Source of the DNA: Dehalococcoidia bacterium
GTDB taxonomy: Bacteria > Chloroflexota > Dehalococcoidia > UBA2979
Assembly (NCBI GenBank): GCA_964291495.2
Contig: OZ219871.1
Span: 192,001 to 256,000, forward strand
Direction: 5' to 3'
Length of the DNA: 64,000 nucleotides
The position numbers were made by a program, and so were the translations under genes. The notes beneath the pieces are model-generated. The model had not been told where the DNA came from and did not search any database. It was given only the letters and a program-made list of their open reading frames with translations. Below are positions 10,296-19,665 of this stretch, piece after piece. Every line of letters starts with the position of its first letter. Positions within the stretch are counted from its first letter, which is position 1.

Positions 10296-10948
10296 ACGCG
10301 ACCACGGCCGTGCTGCTCAAGGATCTGCGGCTGCTCTGGCGGCAGCGATCGGGCTGGCTCTCCGCAGCGACCTTCGCCGCGATCAGCGTCCTCACCTACT
10401 CGTTCGCGCTCGACCTCGCGACCGGCGAGGTGAAGCCGCTGCTGCCGGGCGTGCTCTGGGTGACGTTCCTCTTCGCCGGGATCATCGCCAGCGGGCGCTC
10501 GTTCGCGGCCGAGGCGGAGCAGGGCACCCTCGACGCGCTGCTCGTCGCCCCGGCGCCGCGATCGGCGATCTACGGCGCGAAGCTGATCAGCAACCTGATC
10601 GCGCTGCTGCTGATCGAGGTGGCCGTACTGGTGATGGCGACTATCCTCTTCAACACCGCCCTGCTCAGCGTGGAGCTGATTGCGATCATGGTGCTCGGCA
10701 CGCTCGGCTACGTCAGCCTGACCACGCTGCTCTCGACCCTCGGGAGCCGCGTGCGCTCGCGCGAGGTGCTGATCCCCGTGCTCGCGCTGCCGCTGCTTAC
10801 GCCGCTGCTGATCGCCGCCGTGCGCGCAACGGGCGGCGCGCTCGATCTGCCGACCGGCGGCGAGCCCTGGCTGCTGCTGCTCGCCGTCGCCACCGCCTGG
10901 TTGGCCCTCGGCAGCGTCCTGCTGTTCCCATTCGTGGCGGAGCAATGA
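10292..10948 (+). CDS. ccmB: Heme exporter permease CcmB
   Basis: Six TMs; FAAEAEQGTLDALL and VLALPLLTP motifs. Confidence 0.92.
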   Translation: MNATTAVLLKDLRLLWRQRSGWLSAATFAAISVLTYSFALDLATGEVKPLLPGVLWVTFLFAGIIASGRSFAAEAEQGTLDALLVAPAPRSAIYGAKLISNLIALLLIEVAVLVMATILFNTALLSVELIAIMVLGTLGYVSLTTLLSTLGSRVRSREVLIPVLALPLLTPLLIAAVRATGGALDLPTGGEPWLLLLAVATAWLALGSVLLFPFVAEQ

Positions 10949-11745
10949 GCACGCAGTCGCCACCCGCCGCCGCCGCATCGAGGGGCACGGCTGCCCGCTG
11001 GGCGCTGACCGCCCTGCGCCCCATAGTCGCCGTCTACGACGCGCGCTGGACGCTGCTGCCACCGCTCACGGGCGCGGCGATGCTCGCGATGCTCGTCGGC
11101 GCGGTGATCGTCGCGCCGCGCGAGGCGATCGAGGGCGAGGTGCAGCGCCTCTTCTACATCCACGTGCCCTCGGCGATTGCCGCCTACCTCTGCTTCTCGG
11201 TCGTCTTCGCCGCCTCGGTCGCGCTGCTCTGGACGCGCAACCTGCGCTTCGATGCGGTCGCGCGCGCGGCGGCGGGCGTGGGCGTGCTGTTCACGGCGCT
11301 GACGCTGGCCACCGGCGCGATCTGGGGCAAGCCGATCTGGGGCGTGTGGTGGGCCTGGGACGTGAGGCTCACGAGCACCCTCGTGCTGCTGCTGATCTAC
11401 GCCGGCTATCTGTTGGCTCGCAGCCTCTCCGAGCGCACCGACGTGCAAGCCGCCCGCTACGCCGCGGTCTTCGCGATCATCGGCTTCGTCGACATCCCGA
11501 TCATCAACCGCTCCGTGAACTGGTGGCGCACGCTGCACCCCGACCCGATCGTGACACGCATGCCGGGCGACCTGGGGCTGCCGAACTCGATGCTGGCCGT
11601 ATTGATGCTCGGCATGGTGGCGATCACGCTGCTCGCGCTGTGGCTGATGGCGCTGCGCTCCGAGGTCGAGCAGATCGGCGTGCGCAGCGACGACCTGCGA
11701 GGCGAGATCGACCGCCGCGAGGCGCAACGGAGCGGGGCTGCCTGA
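10945..11745 (+). CDS. ccmC: Heme exporter CcmC
   Basis: ATGA overlap with ccmB; YIHVP, WGKPIWGVWWAWDVRLT and WWRTLHP motifs. Confidence 0.95.
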   Translation: MSTQSPPAAAASRGTAARWALTALRPIVAVYDARWTLLPPLTGAAMLAMLVGAVIVAPREAIEGEVQRLFYIHVPSAIAAYLCFSVVFAASVALLWTRNLRFDAVARAAAGVGVLFTALTLATGAIWGKPIWGVWWAWDVRLTSTLVLLLIYAGYLLARSLSERTDVQAARYAAVFAIIGFVDIPIINRSVNWWRTLHPDPIVTRMPGDLGLPNSMLAVLMLGMVAITLLALWLMALRSEVEQIGVRSDDLRGEIDRREAQRSGAA

Positions 11746-11918
11746 TGGACTACCTGGAGTTCCTGTTCGCCGGCTTCGCGGTGTTCTGGGCCGGGCTCTT
11801 CGTTTACCTGCTCTGGTTGCAGGCGCGGCTGCGCACCGTGCAGCGCGAGCTCAAGCGCCTCGAGGAGCGCCTCGCCGAGAGCGAGCGCGAGGAGGCGGAG
11901 GAGGACGAGGCGCGGTGA
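11745..11918 (+). CDS. ccmD: CcmD-family small membrane protein
   Basis: MDYLEFLFAGFAVFWAGLFVYLLWL plus charged tail; TGATG coupling after ccmC. Confidence 0.8.
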   Translation: MDYLEFLFAGFAVFWAGLFVYLLWLQARLRTVQRELKRLEERLAESEREEAEEDEAR

Positions 11919-12865
11919 CGCGCTACCAGTGGCTGCTCGCCGTCACCGTCGGCGCGACGCTGGTGCTGATCGCGATCGGCGCGATCGTGCGCACCACCGG
12001 CTCCGGCCTCGGCTGCCCGGACTGGCCGCTCTGCCACGGCCAGCTCATCCCGCCCGCGGAGCGGACCGCGATCATCGAGTACACGCACCGCACGGCCGCG
12101 GCGATCGTCGGCGCGCTCATCGTCGCGACGGCCGTGGTCACGCTGCGCTACCACCGCTCGGACCGCGCGCTGCGCAACCTCGCGATCGCCTCACTCCCGC
12201 TGCTGGCGCTGCAGGCCTGGCTCGGCAAGGAGACGGTCGAGCGCGAGCTGCCGCCGGAGATCGTGACGCTGCACCTCAGCGGTGCGCTGCTGCTGCTGGC
12301 CGTGCTCGCGCTGATGGCGGCCTTTGCCTTCCTCGGGCCGCGCCGCCGCCGCATCGAGGAGCCACAGCGCGCCGTCTACCTGCGGGTCTCGATCTCGGCC
12401 GCGGTGATGATCGCCGTCGCGCTGATCGCCGGCTCCTACGTCGTCGGGGCCGACGCGACGGAGGCATGCACGGGCTGGCCGCACTGCCCGGAGGCGCCCG
12501 CCCCCTTCATCGACGGCTTGCGCGCGCAGCACATCCACTGGATGCACCGCCTGCTCGCGGCCGCCGCCTTCATCGCCGTGCTGCGCCTGATCTGGCACGC
12601 GCAGGACCTGCCGGAGGCGGACGGGGCGCTGCGCCACGCGGCGTGGGGCCTCGGCGCGCTCTACGGCTCGCAGATTCTGCTTGGCGCCGCGAACATCTGG
12701 ACCGACTTCTCGGCAGGCGTGCGCGCGGCACACCTCGCCGGCGGGGCGGCGACCTGGGGGTTGTGCGTGCTGATCGTGGCGGCCGCGCTGTACTACCCCG
12801 GCCGCAGCGCCGGCGCGCGCTCGCCCGCTACGCTGGCGAGCGGTCGAGACGCCGCCCGTGCGTAG
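11915..12865 (+). CDS. ctaA: Heme A synthase
   Basis: GLGCPDWPLC, EYTHR, CTGWPHC and HWMHR motifs. Confidence 0.93.
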   Translation: MTRYQWLLAVTVGATLVLIAIGAIVRTTGSGLGCPDWPLCHGQLIPPAERTAIIEYTHRTAAAIVGALIVATAVVTLRYHRSDRALRNLAIASLPLLALQAWLGKETVERELPPEIVTLHLSGALLLLAVLALMAAFAFLGPRRRRIEEPQRAVYLRVSISAAVMIAVALIAGSYVVGADATEACTGWPHCPEAPAPFIDGLRAQHIHWMHRLLAAAAFIAVLRLIWHAQDLPEADGALRHAAWGLGALYGSQILLGAANIWTDFSAGVRAAHLAGGAATWGLCVLIVAAALYYPGRSAGARSPATLASGRDAARA

Positions 12866-13784
12866 CGAGGCATCCGCACAACCCGCCGAGGCAGCCCGGC
12901 GCTCGATGCGGCAGACCGTGCGCGACACGGTGCGCGCCTACGTCGCCCTCGCCAAGCCGCGCATCATCTGGCTGCTGCTGGTCACGACCGTGCCCGCGAT
13001 GGTGCTGGCCGAGCGCGGCTGGCCCTCGACCTGGCTGATCGTCGCCACGCTGATCGGCGGCACGCTCGCCGCCGGAGGCGCCAACGCGATCAACCAGGTG
13101 GCCGACCGCGACATCGACGAGTTGATGCGCCGCACCAGCGCCCGCCCGCTGCCGAGGGGCAACGTGACGCCCTCGCGTGCGCTCGCCTTCGGGCTCGCGC
13201 TCGGGGCGGTCTCGGCGATCTGGCTGAGCCTGACGGTGAACCTGCTCGCGGCCGGACTCGCGATCGGGGCGCTCGGCTTCTACGTGCTCGTCTACAGCTA
13301 CTACCTGAAGCGCAGCACCACGCAGAACATCGTGCTCGGCGGAGCGGCCGGCGCGGCCCCGCCGGTCATCGGCTGGGCGGCCGTGACGGGTCAGGTCGGG
13401 ATCGAGCCGCTGTTCCTGTTCCTGATCGTCTTCTACTGGACGCCCCCGCACTTCTGGGCGCTCGCCCTCGTCTTCTCGGACGACTACGAGCGGGCGGGCG
13501 TGCCGATGCTGCCCGTCGTGCGCGGCGAGGCGGAGACGAAGCGCCAGATCGTCCTCTACACGCTGATGCTGGTCGGCCTCACGCTCGCCTTCACCCTTGT
13601 CGGCGGCCTCTCGCTGATCTACTTCCTGACCGCCGTCGGCGGGGGCGCGGCCTTCCTCTACCTCGCCGTGCGGCTCGCGCGCAGCGAGGGCATCGCGGAC
13701 GCGATGCCGCTCTTCCACTACTCGATCGCCTACCTGGTGCTGCTCTTCGCCTCGGTCGCGGTCGACGAGCTGGTGCTCGGCTAG
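12858..13784 (+). CDS. ctaB: Protoheme IX farnesyltransferase (heme O synthase)
   Basis: LAKPRI, DRDIDELMRRTSARPLP and WTPPHFWALA motifs. Confidence 0.96.
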   Translation: MRSEASAQPAEAARRSMRQTVRDTVRAYVALAKPRIIWLLLVTTVPAMVLAERGWPSTWLIVATLIGGTLAAGGANAINQVADRDIDELMRRTSARPLPRGNVTPSRALAFGLALGAVSAIWLSLTVNLLAAGLAIGALGFYVLVYSYYLKRSTTQNIVLGGAAGAAPPVIGWAAVTGQVGIEPLFLFLIVFYWTPPHFWALALVFSDDYERAGVPMLPVVRGEAETKRQIVLYTLMLVGLTLAFTLVGGLSLIYFLTAVGGGAAFLYLAVRLARSEGIADAMPLFHYSIAYLVLLFASVAVDELVLG

Positions 13785-14494
13785 TCCGTCCGTCCCTCGG
13801 CGCGCTCGACCTCATCGACCCAGGCGGGGTGGTGCTCGCGGGCCCAGTCGCGGCGCACGCGCCCGAGCACCATGCCGCGCAGGGACTCGCGCGTGGCGGG
13901 GTGCAGCAGCGCGAGGTAGAGGTGCGCGAGCAGCGGCGGGATCGCCAGTAGCCCGAGCGCCGTGTGCCACGGGAAGACGCTCTCGACGAAGCCGACATCG
14001 AATACCGACTTCGTCATGTAGTTCACGCCGAGCACCGCCCCACTGGCCGCCAGCCCGAGGCTGAGCGTAAGCGAGGCGAGCGCGTTGAGCTTCTGCCCGG
14101 CGTTGAACTTGCCGACGCGCGGCGGCGTCGAGGGCGCTCGCAGCGCTCGCAGCGCGAGGTGCTGGAGCCACAGGTAGTCGTCGAGGCCGGCGCGAGTCAG
14201 CGCGCGCAGGTCGCCCCGCAGCGCGTGCCCGGCGGGCGTGGGCGCGAGCAACGGGCCAAGCACGGCCGCGAGGCCGGCTACGAAGGCCCAGCCGAGCACG
14301 ACGTGCAGCCAGGCGAAGACCCGCACATCGGCGACCTGCAGCGCCTTCGCCTCCGGCCAGAAGTTGGTGACGCCGCTCAGCAGCAGCAGCACGTAGAGCA
14401 CGCCGAGCGTCCAGTGGATGCGCCGCGAGGGCGACTCGAAGCGCTCGATGAAGCGCCCGTCATCGTCGCCGGGCGCGCTCAGGCCTCGATCCAT
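13781..14494 (-). CDS. Di-heme cytochrome b, FdnI-like membrane subunit
   Basis: RIHW, GKFNAGQK, AHLYLA and WAREHHPAW motifs. Confidence 0.85.
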   Translation of the reverse strand: MDRGLSAPGDDDGRFIERFESPSRRIHWTLGVLYVLLLLSGVTNFWPEAKALQVADVRVFAWLHVVLGWAFVAGLAAVLGPLLAPTPAGHALRGDLRALTRAGLDDYLWLQHLALRALRAPSTPPRVGKFNAGQKLNALASLTLSLGLAASGAVLGVNYMTKSVFDVGFVESVFPWHTALGLLAIPPLLAHLYLALLHPATRESLRGMVLGRVRRDWAREHHPAWVDEVERAEGRTD

Positions 14495-15147
14495 GCGTCG
14501 ACGCGCCAGCCGCGCTCCTCCCAGTAGCCGATGTCGCGGCGGTCGCGGAACTCGATGCGGGTGAGCCACTTCGGGCCCTTGTAGCCGTACATGCGCGGCA
14601 TGATCAGCCGCGCGGGCGGGCCGTGGTCGGCTGGCAGCTCCGCCCCGTTCATGCGGTAGGCCACCAGCACGTCCGGCAGCAGCGCCTGCTCCAGCGTCAG
14701 CGAGTCGCGGTAGATCTCGCCGAGCGAGTGGAAGGTGACAAAGCCCGCCTCCGGCCCGGGCCGCACGAGGTCAACGATCGTCTGCAGCGAGACGCCGTCC
14801 CACTGCACGTCATCGACGCCCCAGCCCTCGACGCAGTGGAAGTCGCTGACCTGCCGCACGGCGGGCAGCGCCAGCAGCTCGCCGTAGCTGAGCGTGAGGG
14901 GCTGCTCGACGAGGCCGTCGATGGTGAGCCGGTAGGCGGTGGCGTCGAACTGCGGCCGGGGCTGCTCAACGGTGTTGATGCGCCAGCCGCCGGTCAGCGA
15001 GCCCAGCGCCTTCACCGCGGCCCAGCCCGCCACGGCGCCGCCGGCGAGCAGCGCGAGGAAGCGCCCTCGGGAGAGCACGCGGCCGGCGAGGGCGGCCGCG
15101 CCTTGATCGCCGGTCCGGCGCGTTGTTCCGGAGGTTCGCTCACTCAT
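14479..15147 (-). CDS. Molybdopterin-dependent oxidoreductase (sulfite oxidase/MsrP-like family)
   Basis: DFHCVEGW, HGPPARL, YGYKGPKW and GYWEERG motifs; Tat-like SRGRFL leader. Confidence 0.9.
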   Translation of the reverse strand: MSERTSGTTRRTGDQGAAALAGRVLSRGRFLALLAGGAVAGWAAVKALGSLTGGWRINTVEQPRPQFDATAYRLTIDGLVEQPLTLSYGELLALPAVRQVSDFHCVEGWGVDDVQWDGVSLQTIVDLVRPGPEAGFVTFHSLGEIYRDSLTLEQALLPDVLVAYRMNGAELPADHGPPARLIMPRMYGYKGPKWLTRIEFRDRRDIGYWEERGWRVDAWIEA

Positions 15148-15214
15148 CAGCCGTGGCCTGCCCGTCCGCCGTCACAACCAGCGTATCAGCGCGGGGCCAC
15201 CCGGCGGGCGGCGG

Positions 15215-16285
15215 CTACCCGCCGCGGATGCGCTCGAGCAGCAGTTCCTCGAGCGAGAAGTCGAGTTCCTCGGCGAGTGTCTTGTCGAGGCCCTCGTTCA
15301 TGAACCACTCGAAGGTGTGCTCGACGGCGGAGCGGAAGTTGTACTCCGGCTCCCAGTCGATCTCCTTCATCAGGCGGTCGATCGAGAAGATGACGTTCTG
15401 GTTCCAGGGGTGGATGTTGGGCGCGGAGCGCTGCACCAGCTGCGAGACGCGCGTCAGCCAGGCCCCGCCTCCGGCGCCGCGCCGGTCGACGAGCGGCCCG
15501 CCGCCGAGCGGGAGCTTGTCCGCCCAGAGGTCGTCCATGAGCGAGGCGGGGACGGAGATCTTCTCCGGCGTCACGCCGACCACGTCCGCGATCGTGTCGA
15601 TGTAGCCCTCGTCGGTGAAGTAGTCCTTGCCCGTGAGGTTGTAGCGCTTCCCGAAGGTGTTGGGGTTGAGCATCATCATGCGCAACGCCTTCGCCTCGTC
15701 GTCGACGTGGCCGATCTGGCCGAGCGTGGTGCCATCCCCGGGCACCAGCGCGGGCCGCCCCTGCAGCAGGCGCACGAACATCCGCTGCTCGCGGTCCTTG
15801 ATCATGTTGTGCGGCCCGAACACCGAGGCGAACGGAACCATCGAGGCGGGGAAGCCGTGATCCCAGTAGGCGCGGGTGAGGTACTGCTCGCAGATGATCT
15901 TGTTGCGCCCGTACTCGATCTGGTTCTCCGAGAGGTCCACCGGGTGGGTCTCGCGGATCGGGAGGATCTTCGCGTGGGCGTAGATCGCGGTGGAGCTGGC
16001 GAAGATGTAGTGCCCGGTCCGGCCATGGAAGATCTCGTCCATGCTGCGCACATCGTCGAGGGTGTAGGCGCTCATGTCCTGGATGCAGTCGAACTCCTCG
16101 CCGGCGAAGACCTCGCGCATCCCGTCGTGGTCGGTGCGATCGCCGTGGAGGCGGCGCACGCCGGGCGGCAGCACGGCCTGCGTGATGCCGCGATTGAAGG
16201 TCGTGACCTCGTGTCCGTGTTTCACGAGCTCCTGGACGAGGTGGAGCCCGTTGAATCGCGTGCCGCCCATCACCAGAACTCTCAC
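15215..16285 (-). CDS. NAD-dependent epimerase/dehydratase (extended SDR)
   Basis: GTG after GGAGG; GGTRFNG Rossmann motif; YGRNK catalytic motif. Confidence 0.88.
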   Translation of the reverse strand: MRVLVMGGTRFNGLHLVQELVKHGHEVTTFNRGITQAVLPPGVRRLHGDRTDHDGMREVFAGEEFDCIQDMSAYTLDDVRSMDEIFHGRTGHYIFASSTAIYAHAKILPIRETHPVDLSENQIEYGRNKIICEQYLTRAYWDHGFPASMVPFASVFGPHNMIKDREQRMFVRLLQGRPALVPGDGTTLGQIGHVDDEAKALRMMMLNPNTFGKRYNLTGKDYFTDEGYIDTIADVVGVTPEKISVPASLMDDLWADKLPLGGGPLVDRRGAGGGAWLTRVSQLVQRSAPNIHPWNQNVIFSIDRLMKEIDWEPEYNFRSAVEHTFEWFMNEGLDKTLAEELDFSLEELLLERIRGG

Positions 16286-16356
16286 AAGGAACCTCCGCAT
16301 CACGCGCATCATCGGCGCGCGCGCATTCTACGCTGCCGGAAGGCACGTGAAGGCTG

Positions 16357-16617
16357 CTAGTCCAGTGGTGCAATCCTGCCGAGCGGCTCCTGGCGCTGGG
16401 CTCGTTCCCAGGCGTCCCTCAGCTCCTCCTGCCTCAGCGAGGCCCACTCGACGACGAGCCCTTGCGCGCGGGGAGGGAGGCGGCCATGCAGCACGGCGAG
16501 CGTCTCGATGCCCACCAGCGCCTCATCTCCTCCGTACCGTGCGTGGAAGTGCGGCGGCCCGTGATCAGCGAAGTACATTCGGATAGTGATGCCGTAGAAG
16601 CGGCAGAGTTCAGGCAT
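16357..16617 (-). CDS. DUF4160 protein (HicA-like fold, putative toxin)
   Basis: MPELCRFYGITIRMYFADHGPPHFHARY...ELRDAW...IAPL signature. Confidence 0.9.
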   Translation of the reverse strand: MPELCRFYGITIRMYFADHGPPHFHARYGGDEALVGIETLAVLHGRLPPRAQGLVVEWASLRQEELRDAWERAQRQEPLGRIAPLD

Positions 16618-16894
16618 GTTCCGCCGGAAGCATGGCCCCCGGCATCACCTCCGCGACAGGCTTTCCCGTGAGCCTCATGTAGAGGGCGTCCGGGCAAAGT
16701 TCGATGTCCTGCCCCCAGGCAATAGCCCGGTGAGAGGTGATGCAGACGCTCTCAAAGCAGGAACGGTCGTTCCAAGCCGTGAACACTCCGCGGCCAGCGA
16801 GGTCTGAGAGGTCGACTTCCCCGGCCGCGCCGTCCGAGTACCGGAGCCAGACCCGGTACCCCTCCCGCGGCTCTACCTCAGCTGGCTGGATCAT
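16610..16894 (-). CDS. DUF2442 protein (putative antitoxin)
   Basis: YRVWLRYSDG...VDL...IAW...ELCPDALY signature; overlaps DUF4160 by 8 nt. Confidence 0.88.
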   Translation of the reverse strand: MIQPAEVEPREGYRVWLRYSDGAAGEVDLSDLAGRGVFTAWNDRSCFESVCITSHRAIAWGQDIELCPDALYMRLTGKPVAEVMPGAMLPAEHA

Positions 16895-16924
16895 CGCTGC
16901 CCTCCCGGAGGGGTCGGCCGCCTG

Positions 16925-17758
16925 CTAGCCCTCCACCTCGAGGACGCGCAGGCGCAGCTGGCCCGCGGGGGCCTCGACCAGCACCTCGTCGCCGGGGCCC
17001 TGGTTGATGACGGCGAGGCCTACGGGGGACTCGACCGAGATCTTGCCGCTGGCGGGGTTGACCTCGCTGGGGCTGACGAGCTGGAAGGTCTGCTCGCGGT
17101 CGAGGTTGAGATTCAGCACCTTCACGGTGGAGCCGACGTTGGCGCGGCCTCGCTTCGTCTCCGGATCGATGATCACGGCATGGCGCAGCTGGTCCTCGAT
17201 CACGCGGATGCGCGCCTCGAGGTGCGCCTGCGCGTCGCGCGCGGCGTCGAGCGGGGCGTTCTCGCGAAAGTCCTTGTCCGCCATCGCCGCGCGCAGCGAC
17301 TCGGCGATCTCGGGACGGCGCGCCTTCAGCTCCTCGAGCTCCTGCTCGAGCGATTCGAGGCCCTCGATTGTGACGTAGTAGGCGCCGCCCAGCTCGGCGG
17401 CCGCGCCTGCGCCGCCGCGCGCCCCGCCGCCGCCCTCGCGCAGCCGCAGGGCGGGGACGAGGTTCTCCTCCGTGAAGGCGAGCCGCGAGGCGTAGGCGAG
17501 GAGGGCGCGCAGCGGCTCCAGCAGCGTGCTCATCTCGTCGTCGAGCTCCGCCGGATCGTCGTCGGTCGCGAACGCCTCGGGAAAGCGCTCGCGCAGGTAC
17601 TCGCCGATCTGGTCGGCCGTGAGATCGCCCATCAGGTGGTCGGCGCCGAGCCACTCGACGAAGCGATCGATCTCGGCGCGCTCCTCGCGCGCCTTCTCGG
17701 CCTCGAGCGCGTTGAGGAAGTGTGCGCCAGCATCGCCCACGCTGATAGCCTCGGCCAT
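16925..17758 (-). CDS. greA: GreA/GreB elongation factor with ~105-aa N-terminal helical extension
   Basis: C-terminal DKDFRENAPLDAAR and ISVESPVGLAV motifs. Confidence 0.85.
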   Translation of the reverse strand: MAEAISVGDAGAHFLNALEAEKAREERAEIDRFVEWLGADHLMGDLTADQIGEYLRERFPEAFATDDDPAELDDEMSTLLEPLRALLAYASRLAFTEENLVPALRLREGGGGARGGAGAAAELGGAYYVTIEGLESLEQELEELKARRPEIAESLRAAMADKDFRENAPLDAARDAQAHLEARIRVIEDQLRHAVIIDPETKRGRANVGSTVKVLNLNLDREQTFQLVSPSEVNPASGKISVESPVGLAVINQGPGDEVLVEAPAGQLRLRVLEVEG

Positions 17759-17873
17759 GGCCGGCTCCTCCTACTCGTTCGGTGTGAGGGCGCTCCGGGC
17801 GACCCGCCGTTCCGGATACACGGTCGTGCCCGGCCCAAGCAGTGTAGAAGATCGGCGAGCGCGCATGTCAACA

Positions 17874-18611
17874 ATGGAACACCTCGAGCCGCTCCGCTCG
17901 GAGCTGTCCCGCCTCGGCCTCGAACCGGGCGCCGAGACCCTGGCGCGCTTCGGGCGCTACCTCGCGCTGATCGAGGAGTGGCGCGTGCGTGCGGGCGTGA
18001 CCGCGATCCGCGACGCCCCCACCATCCAGCGGCGGCTGCTCGGCGAATCGCTCGCGCTGCTCGTGGCCCTGCGCGAGGCCGGCATCATCGAGGCGGGCGA
18101 GAGCCGTGCAGTCGTCGACATCGGGAGCGGCGCGGGGATCCCGGGCATCCCGATGGGGCTCGCCGATCCCGCGCTGGCGCTGACGCTGATCGAGTCGCAC
18201 GGACGGCGTTGCGAGTTCCTCGAGACCGTCGTCGCCGAGCTGGCGCTCGACGGGGTCGCCGTGCGGCGGATGCGCGCCGAGGAGGCAGGCCGCGACGCCG
18301 AATTGCGCGAGGGCTTCGACCTGGCCGTCGCGCGCGCCGTCGCGCCGCTGCCGGTGCTGGTCGAGTACGCGCTGCCGCTGCTGCGGCCGGGCGGCATCCT
18401 CGCGGCCCCGAAGGGCAGCCGCGCACGCGACGAGCTACGGGAAGCGGAGGCGGCGATCGAGGCGCTCGGCGGCCACGTCCTCGAGCCGCTCCCGCTCTCG
18501 CTGCCGGAGGACGCCGTGCCGCAGCTGGTGGTCCTGGTGCAGCGCGACGGCCCGCTGTCCGAGCGCTATCCGCGGCGCCCGGGCATCCCGAGCAAGCGCC
18601 CGCTGGGCTGA
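17874..18611 (+). CDS. rsmG: 16S rRNA m7G527 methyltransferase
   Basis: VDIGSGAGIPGIP, RAEE, ARAVA and YPRRPGIP motifs; alternative start at 17865. Confidence 0.93.
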   Translation: MEHLEPLRSELSRLGLEPGAETLARFGRYLALIEEWRVRAGVTAIRDAPTIQRRLLGESLALLVALREAGIIEAGESRAVVDIGSGAGIPGIPMGLADPALALTLIESHGRRCEFLETVVAELALDGVAVRRMRAEEAGRDAELREGFDLAVARAVAPLPVLVEYALPLLRPGGILAAPKGSRARDELREAEAAIEALGGHVLEPLPLSLPEDAVPQLVVLVQRDGPLSERYPRRPGIPSKRPLG

Positions 18612-18621
18612 CGGCCTGCGC

Positions 18622-19140
18622 TCAGGCCGAGAGCTCGCCAAGCACTGACTCGTAGACCTCGCGCGTGGCCGCGTCGAAGCAGACGAACGTCACTGTCTCC
18701 GGCAACTCGTTGCCAGCGAGGAAGGCGCGCGTCTCGGCGATGGCGATGCGCGTGGCGTGCTCCAGCGGGAAGCCGTAGGCGCCGGTGCTAATCGCCGGAA
18801 AGGCGACGCTGGCCGCCTCATGGTCGCGGGCGAGTTCGAGGCTGTTGCGGTAGGCGTCGGCGAGCAGGTCGGGCTCGCCCTGCCGGCCGCCGGACCAGAT
18901 CGGCCCGACGGTGTGGATCACGTAGGTGGCGGGCAGGTTGTAGCCGTAGGTGATGCGCGCCTCGCCGGTGGGGCAGCCGCCGATCTCGCGGCAGGCCTCG
19001 AGCAGTTCCGGACCGGCGGCGCGGTGGATCGCGCCGTCCACGCCACCCCCGCCGAGCAGCGAGCTATTCGCCGCGTTGACGATGGCGTCGACCTGTTGCT
19101 GCGTGATGTCGCCCTGCTCGACGCGGATGCGCTCGTGCAT
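18622..19140 (-). CDS. Macro domain O-acetyl-ADP-ribose deacetylase (YmdB-like)
   Basis: GDIT...[20 protein letters not shown] and [12 protein letters not shown] motifs. Confidence 0.95.
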   Translation of the reverse strand: MHERIRVEQGDITQQQVDAIVNAANSSLLGGGGVDGAIHRAAGPELLEACREIGGCPTGEARITYGYNLPATYVIHTVGPIWSGGRQGEPDLLADAYRNSLELARDHEAASVAFPAISTGAYGFPLEHATRIAIAETRAFLAGNELPETVTFVCFDAATREVYESVLGELSA

Positions 19141-19238
19141 CGTTGGCCCTCGCCTCCCGCGTGGTTCTCGAGGGCATTCTAGGGGCGGGGGATCTGCCTC
19201 GCGCGCCTGTCGCGGGTTCGCGCTAGACTTGGTGCGGC

Positions 19239-19314
19239 GGGCCTGTAGCTCAGCTGGGAGAGCGCCACACTGGCAGTGTGGAGGTCAGGGGTTCGAGCCC
19301 CCTCAGGTCCACCA
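19239..19314 (+). tRNA. tRNA-Ala (GGC)
   Basis: 76-nt cloverleaf GGGCCTG...CAGGTCC-ACCA with G3:U70 Ala identity pair, anticodon loop CTGGCAG, GGTTCGAG T-loop, encoded CCA. Confidence 0.97.
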
Positions 19315-19364
19315 GTACCCAGCAAACAAGGCGTGGCATCGTGTGTCCGAAGGGTGGGCGCCGA

Positions 19365-19526
19365 GTGAGTCAGCCTACGTACCTCGGTGTAGGCATCGCC
19401 GTCGGAGCCGGAGCGGGTGTAGGCATAGGAGCGCTGATCGGCAACATCGGCGTCGGCGTGGCAATCGGAGTTGCCGTGGGGGTCGCGCTCGGCGCCGCCT
19501 GGGACCGTCGTCATCACGACGGCTAA
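19365..19526 (+). CDS. 53-aa glycine-zipper membrane peptide
   Basis: GTG start; GVGIAVGAGAGVGIGALIGNIGVGVAIGVAVGVALG GxxxG repeats. Confidence 0.6.
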   Translation: MSQPTYLGVGIAVGAGAGVGIGALIGNIGVGVAIGVAVGVALGAAWDRRHHDG

Positions 19527-19665
19527 CGGCCGCACCCTGTGGTCCACGGCGCTCTCACCGCGTCGACAGCACCTCGAAGGTGGTACGCCGCCGACCGCCT
19601 CTCGCGACCGACACCCAGCAGCAGCCGAATGATGCGAAGAGGCTGTCGCCGACGGAAACCCGCGC

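Noticed and set aside
18622-19140. Macro domain as the antitoxin of a DarTG-like system
   Set aside because: Stand-alone YmdB-like sequence with no neighbouring ADP-ribosyltransferase
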